Of a stretch of 64,000 nt of DNA, positions 52,553-63,741 are shown one piece after another. The translations under genes were made by a program, and so were the position numbers. The DNA comes from Geopsychrobacteraceae bacterium (lineage in GTDB: Bacteria > Desulfobacterota > Desulfuromonadia > Desulfuromonadales > Geopsychrobacteraceae), in the NCBI GenBank assembly GCA_963676795.2, contig CAXXTB010000001.1, positions 1,024,001-1,088,000 on the forward strand. Reading direction: 5' to 3'. The notes under the pieces were generated by a model. The model worked only from the letters and a program-made list of their open reading frames with translations. It searched no databases and was not told where the DNA came from. The number at the start of each line of letters is the position of its first letter. Positions within the stretch are counted from its first letter, which is position 1.

Positions 52553-52834
52553 ATGGACAGCATGACCATAATTGGACTGATCTCGATTCTCACCGCCGGG
52601 CTCACCACCGGTTTCGGAACCATGGGGCCGGCGCTAAGCGAGGGGAAGGCTGTTTCGACCGCCTTAAGTTCTCTGGCCCAGCAGCCCGATGCGTCCGCGA
52701 CCATCACCCGGACATTATTCGTCGGTCTGGCGATGATCGAGTCCACGGCCATTTATTGCTTTGTGATTTCGATGATACTGATCTTCGCCAATCCGTTCTG
52801 GAATCATGTCATCGCCCAGGTCACGGGGAAGTAA
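52553..52834 (+). CDS. atpE: ATPase subunit c with Na+-binding signature
   Basis: Glu in helix 1 (ALSEG), QQP loop, ESTAIY motif. Confidence 0.95.
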   Translation: MDSMTIIGLISILTAGLTTGFGTMGPALSEGKAVSTALSSLAQQPDASATITRTLFVGLAMIESTAIYCFVISMILIFANPFWNHVIAQVTGK

Positions 52835-52838
52835 CCCG

Positions 52839-53660
52839 ATGTTGATTGATTGGTTCACCGTCGCCGCTCAGGCGCTCAATTTTCTCATCCTGGCGTGGTT
52901 GCTCAAACGTTTCCTTTACCAGCCGATTCTCCAGGCCATTGACGCGCGGGAAAAGCGGATCGCTCTGGCCCTCGCCGACGCCGACCGGAAAATGGCTGAA
53001 GCAGAGCAGGAACGTGACGCGTTTCAGATCAAAAACGAGGAGTTTGCTCGCCAACGCGACGCGCTCTTAATTCAAGCGGTGAAAGAAGCGAAAGCCGAAC
53101 GCCAGCGGCTGCTTGACGCCGCGCGCAGGGCCGCCGACGAGTTAAGCGCCAAACGCCGGGAGACACTGAAAAACGATGCCCGCAACCTGAATCAGGAACT
53201 TCAGCGCCGGACCCAGCAGGAGGTCTTCGCCATTGCACGTCAGGCGCTGACCGATCTGGCCGCGATCAGTCTGGAAGAGCGTCTGACCGAGGTCTTCATA
53301 CGACGCTTGCGCGAACTTGACGGTGAGGTCAAAGCCGGTCTTGTCTTCGCCCTTAGGAACGCTTCGTCTCCGGCACTGGTGCGCAGCGCCTTCGACCTGG
53401 CCGCGACACAACGTGCAACGCTCAAGCAGGCGCTCAATGAAACCTGCGCGGCAGACATTGAGCTTCGCTTCGAGACCGCGCCGGAGCTGATCAGCGGCAT
53501 TGAACTCAGCAGCGCCGGTCAAAAAGTGGCCTGGAGTCTCGCCGATTATCTGAGTTCGCTGAAAGAGGGGGTTGATGAATTGTTGAATGGACAGGAGAAG
53601 TCTGACGCTCCAGACAGGCCTGGCGGCGAAGAAGCTGACGCCGCGACAAAGAGACCATAA
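52839..53660 (+). CDS. atpF: ATPase subunit b with delta-like extension
   Basis: [18 protein letters not shown]; coiled coil; C-terminal LISGIEL. Confidence 0.9.
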   Translation: MLIDWFTVAAQALNFLILAWLLKRFLYQPILQAIDAREKRIALALADADRKMAEAEQERDAFQIKNEEFARQRDALLIQAVKEAKAERQRLLDAARRAADELSAKRRETLKNDARNLNQELQRRTQQEVFAIARQALTDLAAISLEERLTEVFIRRLRELDGEVKAGLVFALRNASSPALVRSAFDLAATQRATLKQALNETCAADIELRFETAPELISGIELSSAGQKVAWSLADYLSSLKEGVDELLNGQEKSDAPDRPGGEEADAATKRP

Positions 53661-53661
53661 T

Positions 53662-55248
53662 ATGGAATCTGAGAGTCTCCAGAGTCTTTTCGATAGCACC
53701 TTTTCGAGAATTTACCAAGTTCGGGAATCGTTCACCCCGCAACTGACGCTCCGGGATGTCGGCACCATTGCCAGTGTCTCCACCGGTATTGCCAAGGTGG
53801 TGGGGTTGCCCGGTGTCGGTTTTGATGAGCTGGTCAGCTTTCCCGGCGATCTGCTCGGAATCGCGTTCAACCTTGATGAGGACGAAATCGGGGTGGTTCT
53901 GCTGGGCGAGTACTGGCATCTCCACGCCGGCGCTGAGGTTCAGCGCAGCGGCCGGGTCATGGACGTGGCTGTTGGCCCCGAATTGCTCGGTCGCGTTATC
54001 GATCCGCTCGGTCGGCCGCTCGACGGCAACGGTCCGCTGATCACTGACAGACGACTGCCTGCCGAACGCCCCGCTGCGGCAATCATGGACCGCGCTCCGG
54101 TCAAAACCCCGCTCCAGACCGGACTCAAGGTTATCGATGCGCTTATTCCGATCGGTCGGGGGCAGCGAGAGTTGATTCTCGGCGACCGCCAGACCGGCAA
54201 GACCGCCATTGCCATAGACACGATTCTCAATCAGCGCGGCAAGGATGTCCTGTGTATCTATTGCGCCATCGGCCAGCGCGCTTCCTCCGTGGCCAAGACC
54301 GTGGCGAGCTTGCGCGATAAGGGTGCGCTCGAGTACAGCGTTGTCGTGGTGACCGAGGGGAACGACCCGCCGGGACTTGCCTATATCGCACCTTACGCAG
54401 CAACCAGTATCGGCGAGTTTTTCATGGAAGAGGGACGTGATGTGTTGATTGTTTATGATGATCTCACCCATCATGCCCGCGCCTACCGAGAACTTTCTCT
54501 GTTGCTGCGTCGTCCGCCCGGCCGCGAAGCCTTTCCCGGCGACATCTTCTACATCCACTCGCGCCTCCTCGAACGGGCAACCCATCTGGTTCCGGACCTC
54601 GGCGGCGGCTCGCTGACCGCGTTGCCGATCATCGAAACCGAAGCGCAGGATATTTCCGCCTATATTCCCACCAATCTGATTTCCATTACCGATGGCCAGA
54701 TTTATCTGTCCCCCTCGCTGTTTGAATTGGGGGTCCTCCCGGCGATCGATGTCGGCAAATCGGTGTCGCGGGTTGGCGGTGCCGCCCAGCACGCCGCCTA
54801 TCGGGCCGTGGCCGGTGACCTCAAGCTCGCCTACGCGCAGTTTGAGGAACTCGAAACCTTCTCCCGATTTGGCGCCCGGCTGGATGAGAATACCCGCCAG
54901 ATCATCTCCCACGGCCGATGCATCCGTGCCTGTCTGAAACAACCGGAATTTTCGCCGGTTTCGGTCCCCGCCCAAATCGTCATACTGCTGGCGTTGACCG
55001 CAAAATTTTTCGATTCAGTGCCGCTTGAACAGATGCCGGAGGCCGAAAAGGCCCTGCGCGCAGCGGCAGTTGAGATCCCGGTGGCGGTGAATGAACGCCT
55101 GACCAGCGCTGAACAATTGAGTGATGAAGACCGTGAAACGCTGCTTCAGATCGCCCGAACAGCGCTGATTCCTTTCCAGGCCGCGCAAAACCCCGGGTCG
55201 CCAGCGGAATCTGATCCAACTACACCGGCATCCGAGGAGGTGTCATGA
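53662..55248 (+). CDS. atpA: N-type ATPase alpha subunit
   Basis: GDRQTGKT and [12 protein letters not shown] motifs. Confidence 0.95.
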   Translation: MESESLQSLFDSTFSRIYQVRESFTPQLTLRDVGTIASVSTGIAKVVGLPGVGFDELVSFPGDLLGIAFNLDEDEIGVVLLGEYWHLHAGAEVQRSGRVMDVAVGPELLGRVIDPLGRPLDGNGPLITDRRLPAERPAAAIMDRAPVKTPLQTGLKVIDALIPIGRGQRELILGDRQTGKTAIAIDTILNQRGKDVLCIYCAIGQRASSVAKTVASLRDKGALEYSVVVVTEGNDPPGLAYIAPYAATSIGEFFMEEGRDVLIVYDDLTHHARAYRELSLLLRRPPGREAFPGDIFYIHSRLLERATHLVPDLGGGSLTALPIIETEAQDISAYIPTNLISITDGQIYLSPSLFELGVLPAIDVGKSVSRVGGAAQHAAYRAVAGDLKLAYAQFEELETFSRFGARLDENTRQIISHGRCIRACLKQPEFSPVSVPAQIVILLALTAKFFDSVPLEQMPEAEKALRAAAVEIPVAVNERLTSAEQLSDEDRETLLQIARTALIPFQAAQNPGSPAESDPTTPASEEVS

Positions 55249-56129
55249 GCGAAACCACGGTCAGTCTGCGGCGTAAGATCGGTTCGGCCGGGGATCTCCG
55301 GGCCGTGGTGCGGACGATGAAGGCTGTGGCCGCTTCGAGCATCGGCCAATATGAACAAGCGGTGCTCGCTATCGGCGACTACTATCACTCGGTCGAGCTG
55401 GGGCTTGGCGCCTGCTTCCGGGAAAACGGGATGCCTCCCATGCAGACAGAGCCAAAGAGGTCAGGGGGGACTGCTGTAATTGGCGCAGTTGTCTTTGGTT
55501 CAGATCAGGGGCTGGTGGGCCAATTTAATGAAGTTGTCGCTGATTTTGCGGTGAAGATGCTGGCCACTCACCCCTTAGACAAGGTTGCGGTCTGGGTTGT
55601 CGGTGAGCGCGTGCAGACGCGCCTGGCGGACGCGGACCTGCCGCTTTTCGGGAACTTCCCGGTGCCGAACTCGGTCAAGGCCATCACCCCACTGGTCGGA
55701 CAGCTTCTGTTCGCGAGTGAGATGCGGCTTAATACAGGTGAAATCAGCGAACTCCGGCTCTATTATAACCGCCCCGGAGGCGGGGCGGTCTACACCCCAG
55801 TCAGTCAGCGTCTGTTGCCGCTGGACGAGGCCTGGCGTGACAGACTGGCGAAACGGCCCTGGCCGCCAGGCAGTCTACCAGAAGTTTCAGAGCGTGGATC
55901 CGCGACCTTGAAGGCGCTAATCCGTGAATATCTTTTTGTTTCGCTGTTCCGGGCCTGTGCTGAATCTCTGGCCAGCGAAAACTCCAGCCGGCTGGCGGCC
56001 ATGCAACGCGCGGAAAAGAACATCGACGAGTTACTCGGGTCCCTGACGCTGAATTTTCAACAATTACGGCAAAGTAGTATCGATGCCGAGCTGTTTGATG
56101 TCATCTCCGGATTTGAGGCCCTCAAGTGA
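55245..56129 (+). CDS. atpG: ATPase gamma subunit
   Basis: [21 protein letters not shown] and [14 protein letters not shown] motifs. Confidence 0.93.
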   Translation: MSETTVSLRRKIGSAGDLRAVVRTMKAVAASSIGQYEQAVLAIGDYYHSVELGLGACFRENGMPPMQTEPKRSGGTAVIGAVVFGSDQGLVGQFNEVVADFAVKMLATHPLDKVAVWVVGERVQTRLADADLPLFGNFPVPNSVKAITPLVGQLLFASEMRLNTGEISELRLYYNRPGGGAVYTPVSQRLLPLDEAWRDRLAKRPWPPGSLPEVSERGSATLKALIREYLFVSLFRACAESLASENSSRLAAMQRAEKNIDELLGSLTLNFQQLRQSSIDAELFDVISGFEALK

Positions 56130-56210
56130 GCAAAACCATGAGTCTCCAGATCCAAGGCATAAGCCCGTTTTTCAACATTCTTCCTCTTGGAAAGAGGGAG
56201 GGGGACGTCC

Positions 56211-57674
56211 ATGGCTAAGCAGGCGGCCGAGCTTCGCTACGCAGTCCGTTTTCGTGTGGTCTTAAAGTATTTCGGACAACTCTGTCTGGTGCTCGCCATC
56301 CTGACTATGGTGCCTCTGATGGTATCGCTGATTTTTGGCGAGAGGGTCATCACCCTGAGATACGCAGTGGTGATCTGTGGGCTCGCAGGCCTGGGGTGGT
56401 GGCCCTCCCGCATGCGGACCCCTTCCCGCGTGCAGGCCAACGAGGGAATGACGCTGGTGACCCTGATGTTTCTTTTCACTCCGCTCGTCATGAGCTATCC
56501 GCTGATGAGTTCGGGGTTGAGTTTCGCAGATGCTTTCTTCGAAGCCGTTTCCGCCGTGACGACCACGGGACTGAGTGCCAGGGAGACGCTCGTCGACGCA
56601 TCGAAGAGCTTTCTGTTCGCACGCGCCTGGATGCAGTGGTATGGAGGACTGGGTATCGTCGTCCTCTCTCTTGCTCTGGTCATGGAGCCGGGGCTGGTGG
56701 CCAAGGGGCTGGCCGTTGCCGAGGCGGAAAGAGACGATCTGGCCGGCGGTACGCGAGCTTATGCCCGGCGCGTGCTGAAAGTTTACGGCATCCTGACCGT
56801 CCTTGGTATCATCGGTTGTCTGGCTTTGAACGTCCATTTTTTTGATGGCCTGCTGTATACCTTTGCCGCAGTTTCGACCGGTGGCTTTGCTCCCCATGAT
56901 AACAGTCTCGCAAACCTGAGCTGGTTCGCGCAGGGCTGGATCACCCTGTTGTGCCTCGCCGGAGCGACCCCGTTTATGGTCTATTATCTGAGGTTAAAGG
57001 CGCAAAAACATGGCAACGTCGGCCTGCTGCAACTGAAAGCCATTGTCATTGCCGGTGTGACCGTTTCCCTGGCGGTGGGAGGTACCATGCAGCTGAGTGG
57101 TGTGATGGCCTGGCCACAGATTCTCCATCATGCCCCCTTGCTCTCCTTTTCCGCGCAGACCACCGCCGGGTTTGCTTCGTTCCCCTGTGCGCAACTCGAT
57201 TCCGGATCGAAACTGATTTTGACCTTCTCGATGCTCGCCGGCGGCGGCATCGGCTCGACAGCCGGTGGTTTCAAGCTGCTGCGACTGTTGATGGCCGTGA
57301 GCCTGCTGCGGCTGATTCTGCTGCGCACCTGCCTGCCGAAACATGCCGTCATCGAGCCGCGCCTGGCAGACCGGCGACTACAGGATGAAGAGATCCGTGC
57401 GGCCCTGTTGCTCATGCTATTGTATATCGGCGGCGGCGTTTTGTCCTGGCTGCCGTTTGTGACCATGGGCTACAGCCCGCTCGACTCCTTGTTCGAAGTG
57501 GGATCGGCACTGGGAACGGCGGGACTGTCAGTGGGGGTAACGAGTACTTCTTTGCCCGCACTGCTCAAAGGAATCCTGTGCGCCGACATGCTGATGGGGC
57601 GTCTAGAAATCATCGCCTGGCTGGTTTTGCTGTTTCCCGGGACCTGGGCCGGCCGGAGAATGGAGCTAACATGA
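56211..57674 (+). CDS. trkH: Trk-type K+ uptake membrane protein
   Basis: FEAVSAVTTTG, QWYGGLG, STGGF, GSTAGG and GRLE motifs. Confidence 0.9.
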   Translation: MAKQAAELRYAVRFRVVLKYFGQLCLVLAILTMVPLMVSLIFGERVITLRYAVVICGLAGLGWWPSRMRTPSRVQANEGMTLVTLMFLFTPLVMSYPLMSSGLSFADAFFEAVSAVTTTGLSARETLVDASKSFLFARAWMQWYGGLGIVVLSLALVMEPGLVAKGLAVAEAERDDLAGGTRAYARRVLKVYGILTVLGIIGCLALNVHFFDGLLYTFAAVSTGGFAPHDNSLANLSWFAQGWITLLCLAGATPFMVYYLRLKAQKHGNVGLLQLKAIVIAGVTVSLAVGGTMQLSGVMAWPQILHHAPLLSFSAQTTAGFASFPCAQLDSGSKLILTFSMLAGGGIGSTAGGFKLLRLLMAVSLLRLILLRTCLPKHAVIEPRLADRRLQDEEIRAALLLMLLYIGGGVLSWLPFVTMGYSPLDSLFEVGSALGTAGLSVGVTSTSLPALLKGILCADMLMGRLEIIAWLVLLFPGTWAGRRMELT

Positions 57675-58369
57675 GAACGGTTTTTATCGGCGCCGGAAAG
57701 GTGAGTATCGGAACTGCCAAGGCATTGGTTAAAAAGGGGCACGAAGTGGTCATTATCGAAACGGACAAGGCCCGAATCGATGAATTGGCCGAAGAGATGG
57801 ACTGCAGCTTTTTGCTGGGCGATGGCAGCCAGCCGAACATCCTGCGCGAAGTCAATCCGACACAGACCGATATCCTCTATTGTCTGGCCGACAGCGACCA
57901 GGCCAACGTGATTGCCAGCCTCATCGGTCGTTCCCTTGGTTTCAAACGGATCGTGACGAGTATCGGGGATCCGCAGTTCGAGGAGATTTGCCATGAGCTC
58001 GGACTGCAGGACACGATCATCCCCTCTCGCACCATCAGCCGTTACCTGGAGGACATGGTCGGGGGGACGGAAAACGTCGACCTTTCCGCGGTTATCAAGG
58101 ACGAGGCCCGTTTTTTTACCTTCAGCGCCGGACCCGAAGCCGCAGTTCCGGTCGCAGAGCTGAATCTGCCGGCCGATTCCCGCGTCATCTGCTACTACCG
58201 CGATGGCCGTTTCGCCCTCGCAGACGATCTGACGAAGCTGCAAGAAGATGATGAGGTCGTGGTTCTCACCCATAGTAAGAATATGGCCGCGTTGCAGAAA
58301 CTTTGGCTGACGAGGCCTGTAGAGGACGAGCCGACGCGTGGCAAAGACAAAGGATCCAAGCGTACTTGA
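57671..58369 (+). CDS. trkA: TrkA family RCK protein
   Basis: IGAGKV, GHEVVIIE and GDGS motifs; ATG overlaps the trkH stop. Confidence 0.88.
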   Translation: MRTVFIGAGKVSIGTAKALVKKGHEVVIIETDKARIDELAEEMDCSFLLGDGSQPNILREVNPTQTDILYCLADSDQANVIASLIGRSLGFKRIVTSIGDPQFEEICHELGLQDTIIPSRTISRYLEDMVGGTENVDLSAVIKDEARFFTFSAGPEAAVPVAELNLPADSRVICYYRDGRFALADDLTKLQEDDEVVVLTHSKNMAALQKLWLTRPVEDEPTRGKDKGSKRT

Positions 58370-58435
58370 GACCCGCTAGGCGGCCTGTTGCCGTCTTGGG
58401 ATTGCGGAGCTCCAAATTCGACGGGACATGAAATC

Positions 58436-60982
58436 ATGATCAAACCGACTCGGGTCAGCCATCCGCTCTATAATCTTCTCCCCACGGAAATAGAAGGGTT
58501 CGATTCCCTGGCCGAACTGGCTCTGGATATGTGCTGGTCGTGGAATCATGCGACAGATGGTCTGTGGCAGCAGCTCGATCCCGAGCTGTGGCAGTTCACT
58601 CATAACCCTTGGGTTGTCTTGCAGACGGTCTCACGCGATCGGATCGAGAAGGTGCTGGCCGATCCCGTTTTTCGTAATAACCTGGATACTCTGGTCCGAA
58701 CCAATCGTCAGGCGCTGGCCGTACCTGCCTGGTTTCAGCAATATCATGCGCAGTCGGCCCTGAACTGTGTTGCCTATTTCAGCATGGAATTCATGTTGAG
58801 CGAAGCGCTGCCGATTTATTCCGGCGGACTTGGCAATGTTGCCGGTGATCAACTCAAATCCGCCAGCGACCTGGGAGTTCCGGTGGTTGGCGTAGGACTG
58901 CTCTATCAACAGGGTTATTTCCGCCAGGTGATCGACAAGAACGGCAAGCAGCAGGCGCTCTACCCCTACAATGATCCCGGACAGTTGCCGATTACCCCTT
59001 TGCGTCAGGACAATGGCGAATGGCTGCGATTAAAAATCGCCTTGCCCGGTTACTCGCTCTGGTTGCGCGCCTGGCAGGTCCAGGTCGGCCGCGTCAAGCT
59101 CTATCTGCTTGACAGTAATGACGCGGCCAACTTTCCGGCTCACCGCGGGATTACCAGCGAATTGTATGGCGGAGGCCCGGAATTGCGTCTCAAGCAGGAA
59201 CTGCTTCTCGGCATCGGCGGTTGGCGCCTGCTCGATGCGCTGGGGCTTCAGCCGGAAGTCTGTCATCTGAATGAAGGTCATGCGGCTTTTGCAGTGCTGG
59301 AACGCGCCTGCAGTTTCATGCAAAAGACTGCTCAGCCCTTCGACGTGGCGCTCGCTGCCACCCGAGCGGGCAACCTCTTCACCACCCATACCGCTGTCGC
59401 CGCGGGCTTCGACCGATTCTCCCCAGCACTTATCGAACAATATCTCGGCGGTTATGCCGAGCAGCAGCTCGGCTTAAGTCTGCATGAATTACTCTCTTTG
59501 GGGCGCCAGAACCCGGATGCTGCGACGGAACCTTTCAATATGGCCTATCTGGCGGTCCGGGGGAGCGGCGCGGTCAACGGCGTGAGTTGTTTGCACGGGG
59601 ACGTCAGTCGACATCTTTTTGCGCCGCTTTTCCCTCACTGGCCGGTCAACGAAGTGCCCGTCGGGCACGTCACCAATGGTGTCCACATGCCGAGCTGGGA
59701 CTCGGCTGAAGCTGACGATCTCTGGACCAGCGCCTGTGGCAAGGAACGCTGGCTCGGCACGATAGAAAATCTGGAGCATGACATTCGCTGCGTGTCCGAC
59801 GATAAACTCTGGACCTTTCGTATCGCCGCCAGCAAGACCCTGATTGGCTATGCCCGCGACAGGTTATCCAGGCAATTGGCCGCCTCCGGCGCCACATCCG
59901 AGGAGGTGGCAAAAGCGAAGCAGCTGTTTGATCCCAACGTCTTGACCCTGGGATTTGCACGGCGCTTCGCCAGCTATAAAAGACCAAACCTGCTGCTGCA
60001 CGACCCAGAGCGGCTATTGCGCCTGCTGACCAGCTCTCAGTACCCAGTTCAATTGATCATTGCCGGCAAGGCCCACCCGGCCGATCAGGCCGGGCAGGAT
60101 CTAATTCATGAATGGATAACCTTCATCAGGCGACCGGAAGTGCGCCCACATGTGATTTTTCTCAGTGATTACGACATGCTTTTGACCGAACAGTTGGTCC
60201 AGGGGGTGGACGTCTGGATCAACACGCCGCGTCGCCCTTGGGAAGCCTGCGGCACCAGCGGCATGAAGGTCCTAATCAACGGCGGCCTCAATCTGTCGGA
60301 ACTTGATGGCTGGTGGGCAGAGGCCTATAAGCCTGAGCTGGGCTGGGCGTTGGGCGACGGACTGGAGCATGACAACGATCCTGCTTGGGATGCAACAGAA
60401 GCCGAAGCTCTTTACAGGTCGCTTGAACAGGAGGTTGTCCCAGAGTTTTATGCCCGCAATAATCAGGGTGTTCCCACCGCCTGGGTGACACGTATGCGAG
60501 AAAGCATGGCGCGCTTGACACCGCAATTTTCTGCCAACCGGACGGTTCGCGAATACACCGAAAGATATTACCTTCCGGCTGCCGTAAACTACAATTCCCG
60601 CGCTGCCGGGCAAGGCACGACCGCTGCGGCGGTCAGCCATTGGCAGCAGGGGTTAGAGCGCAATTGGGCAAACATCCGCTTCGCTGAAATGACGATCACG
60701 ACCACCGATGAATGTCATTTATTTGAGATTCAGGTTTATCTCAACGGCATCAACGCTGACGAGGTGCAGGTTGAACTGTACGCCGATGGGTCAAACAGGG
60801 GGGAACAGATCCGACTGGCGATGAGTCGTCTCCGCCAGTTAGTCGGTGCAGAGAATGGTTATGCCTACAAAGCACAGGTCCCGGCGTCTCGTCCGTCTGG
60901 GGATTATACAGTGCGGATCATTCCCCACTTTCATGGGGCAACAATTCCGCTCGAAGCGCGGCAGATCCTCTGGCAGCGTTAA
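58436..60982 (+). CDS. glgP: Alpha-glucan (glycogen) phosphorylase
   Basis: YFSMEF, YSGGLG, HLNEGH, ARRFASYKR and EACGTSGMK (PLP Lys) motifs. Confidence 0.95.
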   Translation: MIKPTRVSHPLYNLLPTEIEGFDSLAELALDMCWSWNHATDGLWQQLDPELWQFTHNPWVVLQTVSRDRIEKVLADPVFRNNLDTLVRTNRQALAVPAWFQQYHAQSALNCVAYFSMEFMLSEALPIYSGGLGNVAGDQLKSASDLGVPVVGVGLLYQQGYFRQVIDKNGKQQALYPYNDPGQLPITPLRQDNGEWLRLKIALPGYSLWLRAWQVQVGRVKLYLLDSNDAANFPAHRGITSELYGGGPELRLKQELLLGIGGWRLLDALGLQPEVCHLNEGHAAFAVLERACSFMQKTAQPFDVALAATRAGNLFTTHTAVAAGFDRFSPALIEQYLGGYAEQQLGLSLHELLSLGRQNPDAATEPFNMAYLAVRGSGAVNGVSCLHGDVSRHLFAPLFPHWPVNEVPVGHVTNGVHMPSWDSAEADDLWTSACGKERWLGTIENLEHDIRCVSDDKLWTFRIAASKTLIGYARDRLSRQLAASGATSEEVAKAKQLFDPNVLTLGFARRFASYKRPNLLLHDPERLLRLLTSSQYPVQLIIAGKAHPADQAGQDLIHEWITFIRRPEVRPHVIFLSDYDMLLTEQLVQGVDVWINTPRRPWEACGTSGMKVLINGGLNLSELDGWWAEAYKPELGWALGDGLEHDNDPAWDATEAEALYRSLEQEVVPEFYARNNQGVPTAWVTRMRESMARLTPQFSANRTVREYTERYYLPAAVNYNSRAAGQGTTAAAVSHWQQGLERNWANIRFAEMTITTTDECHLFEIQVYLNGINADEVQVELYADGSNRGEQIRLAMSRLRQLVGAENGYAYKAQVPASRPSGDYTVRIIPHFHGATIPLEARQILWQR

Positions 60983-61093
60983 GTCGGCAGACCATGATAC
61001 GGTGCGGATGGCGTCATTGGCTTGCTGATGGATCATCGACGCGGGGATTCTGGATAACCGCCGCTCAAGCCCGGGAAATCATGGGCACAAACG

Positions 61094-61128
61094 AAAAAAG
61101 CACCTAGCTGATTCAGCTAAGTGCTTTT
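61094..61128. terminator. Terminator hairpin between glgP and tRNA-Asp
   Basis: AAAAAAGCAC...GTGCTTTT inverted repeat; probably bidirectional. Confidence 0.65.
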
Positions 61129-61134
61129 ATATAA

Positions 61135-61211
61135 TGGCGGGGCTGACGGGACTTGAACCCGCGACCTCCGGCGTGACAGGCCGGCGTTGTAACCGACTCT
61201 ACTACAGCCCC
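61135..61211 (-). tRNA. tRNA-Asp (GUC), copy 1
   Basis: 77 nt: GGGGCTG...CTGTCAC anticodon loop...GGTTCAAGTCC...CAGCCCCGCCA. Confidence 0.95.
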
Positions 61212-61431
61212 GTAGAAGCCTTGTGCGTTGAAGCGGAGCGCAACTTACAATATTCTGAATTGAACTGCAACCGAAAAATTACGGACTGGACCCCGTTCCT
61301 GTCGGTTGGTGCTCTTCATGCCGTCAGCTTGGCAAAAAAAAACAGATCCGGACTTGTCGTAGAGCTGTATCTCTTGTGTAAAAATAAAAAAAGCACCTGG
61401 CCGTAAACAGTCAGGTGCTTTTTCATATAAA

Positions 61432-61508
61432 TGGCGGGGCTGACGGGACTTGAACCCGCGACCTCCGGCGTGACAGGCCGGCGTTGTAACCGACTCTACT
61501 ACAGCCCC
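61432..61508 (-). tRNA. tRNA-Asp (GUC), copy 2
   Basis: Identical 77 nt copy offset by 297 bp. Confidence 0.95.
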
Positions 61509-61726
61509 GTAAAAGCCTTGTGCGTTGAAGCGGAGCGCAATTTACAATATTCCGAAATGAACTGCAACCGAAAAAAACATATTTTTCATTTTTTACGTCA
61601 TGGTTTGTTGATGTCTGTATCATGTGGTCGCAGCTGTCGAAAACAGATAATCTTCAGCTGAATTGGCCTTAGTCCTGCGGTCTTTGATAGAATAGTTTCC
61701 AGATGCAAAGCGCAAAGGAGTTGACC

Positions 61727-62131
61727 ATGTCTCCTGTTTTTCCTCTGGAAATATTTTATGACGGTTCGTGTCGGATCTGTTCGGCTGAGATGGCGTCTTA
61801 CCGGAAGCGCAACCACGAGGGGCGATTGCTGTTTATCGACATCTCTGCCCCTGAATTCGATCCCGCAGTGATTGGTAAGGGCAGGGAAGAACTGATGAAA
61901 GTTTTGCATGTTCGCGATGCTGCCGGTCAGTTCCACCTGGGTATCGACGCCTTTATCAGCATATGGGAGTCTTTTCCGCCGGGATCCGCGCCGCGCCTGT
62001 TGAGTGTGCTGGTCGGTTTTCCCGGGATCAATCTGCTGGCCAGGGGTGGTTACCATCTGTTTGCCCGCAATCGTCATCTGTTGCCGCGCAAGGCAAGCGA
62101 TTGTCGGGATGGCAGTTGCCGGATGTCGTGA
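61727..62131 (+). CDS. DCC1-like (DUF393) thiol-disulfide oxidoreductase
   Basis: FYDGSCRIC (DxxCxxC), GIDAF and YHLFARNRH motifs. Confidence 0.88.
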   Translation: MSPVFPLEIFYDGSCRICSAEMASYRKRNHEGRLLFIDISAPEFDPAVIGKGREELMKVLHVRDAAGQFHLGIDAFISIWESFPPGSAPRLLSVLVGFPGINLLARGGYHLFARNRHLLPRKASDCRDGSCRMS

Positions 62132-62154
62132 TTTAAATTTCACATGGAGATTTT

Positions 62155-62901
62155 ATGCAGGTTTTAGGAATTGATATCGGCGGGAGCGGGATCAAGGGGG
62201 CGCTTGTCGATACGTCAAACGGTGAACTGGTTTCCGAGCGGTTGCGCCTGGAGACTCCCCAGCCGGCAACCCCTGAGGCTGTTGCCGCGACTGTTGCCGA
62301 ACTGGTGGCCAGGTTTGGGTGGCAGGGGTGTATCGGCTGTGGTTTTCCGGCAATCATCCGCAACGGCACGGCTTTTTCTGCGGCGAATATCGATACTGGC
62401 TGGATCGGCGTGGATGTCGAGACCCTGTTAGAAGAGGCAACCGGCTGTCCCGTCAGGGTCGTCAACGACGCTGATGCCGCCGGGATTGCTGAAATGAGGT
62501 ACGGCGGCGGTATCGGCCAGTTGGGGGCGGTCCTGATCCTGACCCTGGGCACCGGGATCGGTTCGGCTCTTTTTCATCAAGGACAGCTGTTTCCCAACCT
62601 GGAACTTGGTTTTCTGCCGTACAGGGGAGCGCCGATCGAACACTACGCTGCAGCGGCCGTCCGTAAGCAGGAAAAGCTCAGCTGGAAAGTCTGGAGCAAG
62701 AGACTCAACCGTTTTTTGCAGATGAGCGAACGGTTACTCTCTCCGGACCTGATCATCATCGGTGGTGGCGTCAGCCGCAAGAGCGAAAAATTTCTGCCGT
62801 TACTTGAGACCGGGGCGGAAGTGATCCCGGCCCAATTACTCAATCAGGCCGGGATCATCGGTGCTGCATCCTTTGCTGCGGATCATGCTGGCAAGTCCTA
62901 A
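62155..62901 (+). CDS. ppgK: Polyphosphate glucokinase (ROK family)
   Basis: [26 protein letters not shown] and [10 protein letters not shown] motifs. Confidence 0.9.
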   Translation: MQVLGIDIGGSGIKGALVDTSNGELVSERLRLETPQPATPEAVAATVAELVARFGWQGCIGCGFPAIIRNGTAFSAANIDTGWIGVDVETLLEEATGCPVRVVNDADAAGIAEMRYGGGIGQLGAVLILTLGTGIGSALFHQGQLFPNLELGFLPYRGAPIEHYAAAAVRKQEKLSWKVWSKRLNRFLQMSERLLSPDLIIIGGGVSRKSEKFLPLLETGAEVIPAQLLNQAGIIGAASFAADHAGKS

Positions 62902-63641
62902 CTGTTTTTCAGTGTGGCATCGAGGTATTCAAGAAACCTCTTCCACGATTTTTCATCGGCGACCTTGTGGTAGCGCGAGCTGCCAAACACCGTAAAAGCG
63001 TGAGGCGCACCGCTGTAGGTGATCATTTCATGGGGAAGCTGCTGTTTTTCCAGCTGCTCAGCCAGTGAGGCGAAGTCGCTCATGGTCACTGCTGTGTCCG
63101 CTGTGCCGTGGAGGATCAGCAGCGATCCTTTGGTTTTTGAATAATCCTGTCCTTCGGGGGTGGTCAGCCCGCCATGAAAGGTGACGAAGCCTTTCAGTTC
63201 TTTTCCTGAACGCGCATATTCCAGAGTGACCGCCCCGCCGAAACAGTAGCCCATGGCCACCGCATTATTGACGTTGGCGCCCTGCGCTTGTGCCGCAGCA
63301 TAGGCGCCGTCCAGCAGTGCCCGCATCCGCGTCCGATCCTGATAGAGTGCTCCGGTCAGTCGCTTGTTGTCGTCGACCGACTGGGGACGGTTCTGCTTGC
63401 CGAACATGTCTGCAGCAAACACGGCATAGCCTTCGGCTGCGAGCATCTCGGCGCGTTTCATTTCATAGTCGCCCAGCCCGTCCCAGTCGTGGATCAGGAT
63501 GACCAGTGGCGCCTGTGCAGAAGGAGAGATGTAGTAACCTTCAAAGGTTTCTCCGTTGACCTGATAATCCACGGGATGGCCGGCAGCATAAAGGGTAGAT
63601 GATGCTGCCAGTAACAGAAGTGTCATCAACAGCTTTTTCAT
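62898..63641 (-). CDS. Dienelactone hydrolase family protein (exported)
   Basis: Signal peptide; GYCFGG, FHG and GAPHAF motifs. Confidence 0.9.
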   Translation of the reverse strand: MKKLLMTLLLLAASSTLYAAGHPVDYQVNGETFEGYYISPSAQAPLVILIHDWDGLGDYEMKRAEMLAAEGYAVFAADMFGKQNRPQSVDDNKRLTGALYQDRTRMRALLDGAYAAAQAQGANVNNAVAMGYCFGGAVTLEYARSGKELKGFVTFHGGLTTPEGQDYSKTKGSLLILHGTADTAVTMSDFASLAEQLEKQQLPHEMITYSGAPHAFTVFGSSRYHKVADEKSWKRFLEYLDATLKNS

Positions 63642-63741
63642 TGTTTGCTCCTCTCGGCAAAATGTTTACCAATATGGTCAATATTATGTCGAAAGGACGG
63701 TTCAATACTAGGGGGGACGCTCATTTTTAAGGCTTAAGTGG

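Noticed and set aside
53506..54975. 489 aa minus-strand ORF
   Set aside because: Antisense shadow of atpA.
61134..61661. Duplicated ORFs MAGLTGLEPATSGVTG...
   Set aside because: Antisense translations of the two tRNA-Asp genes.
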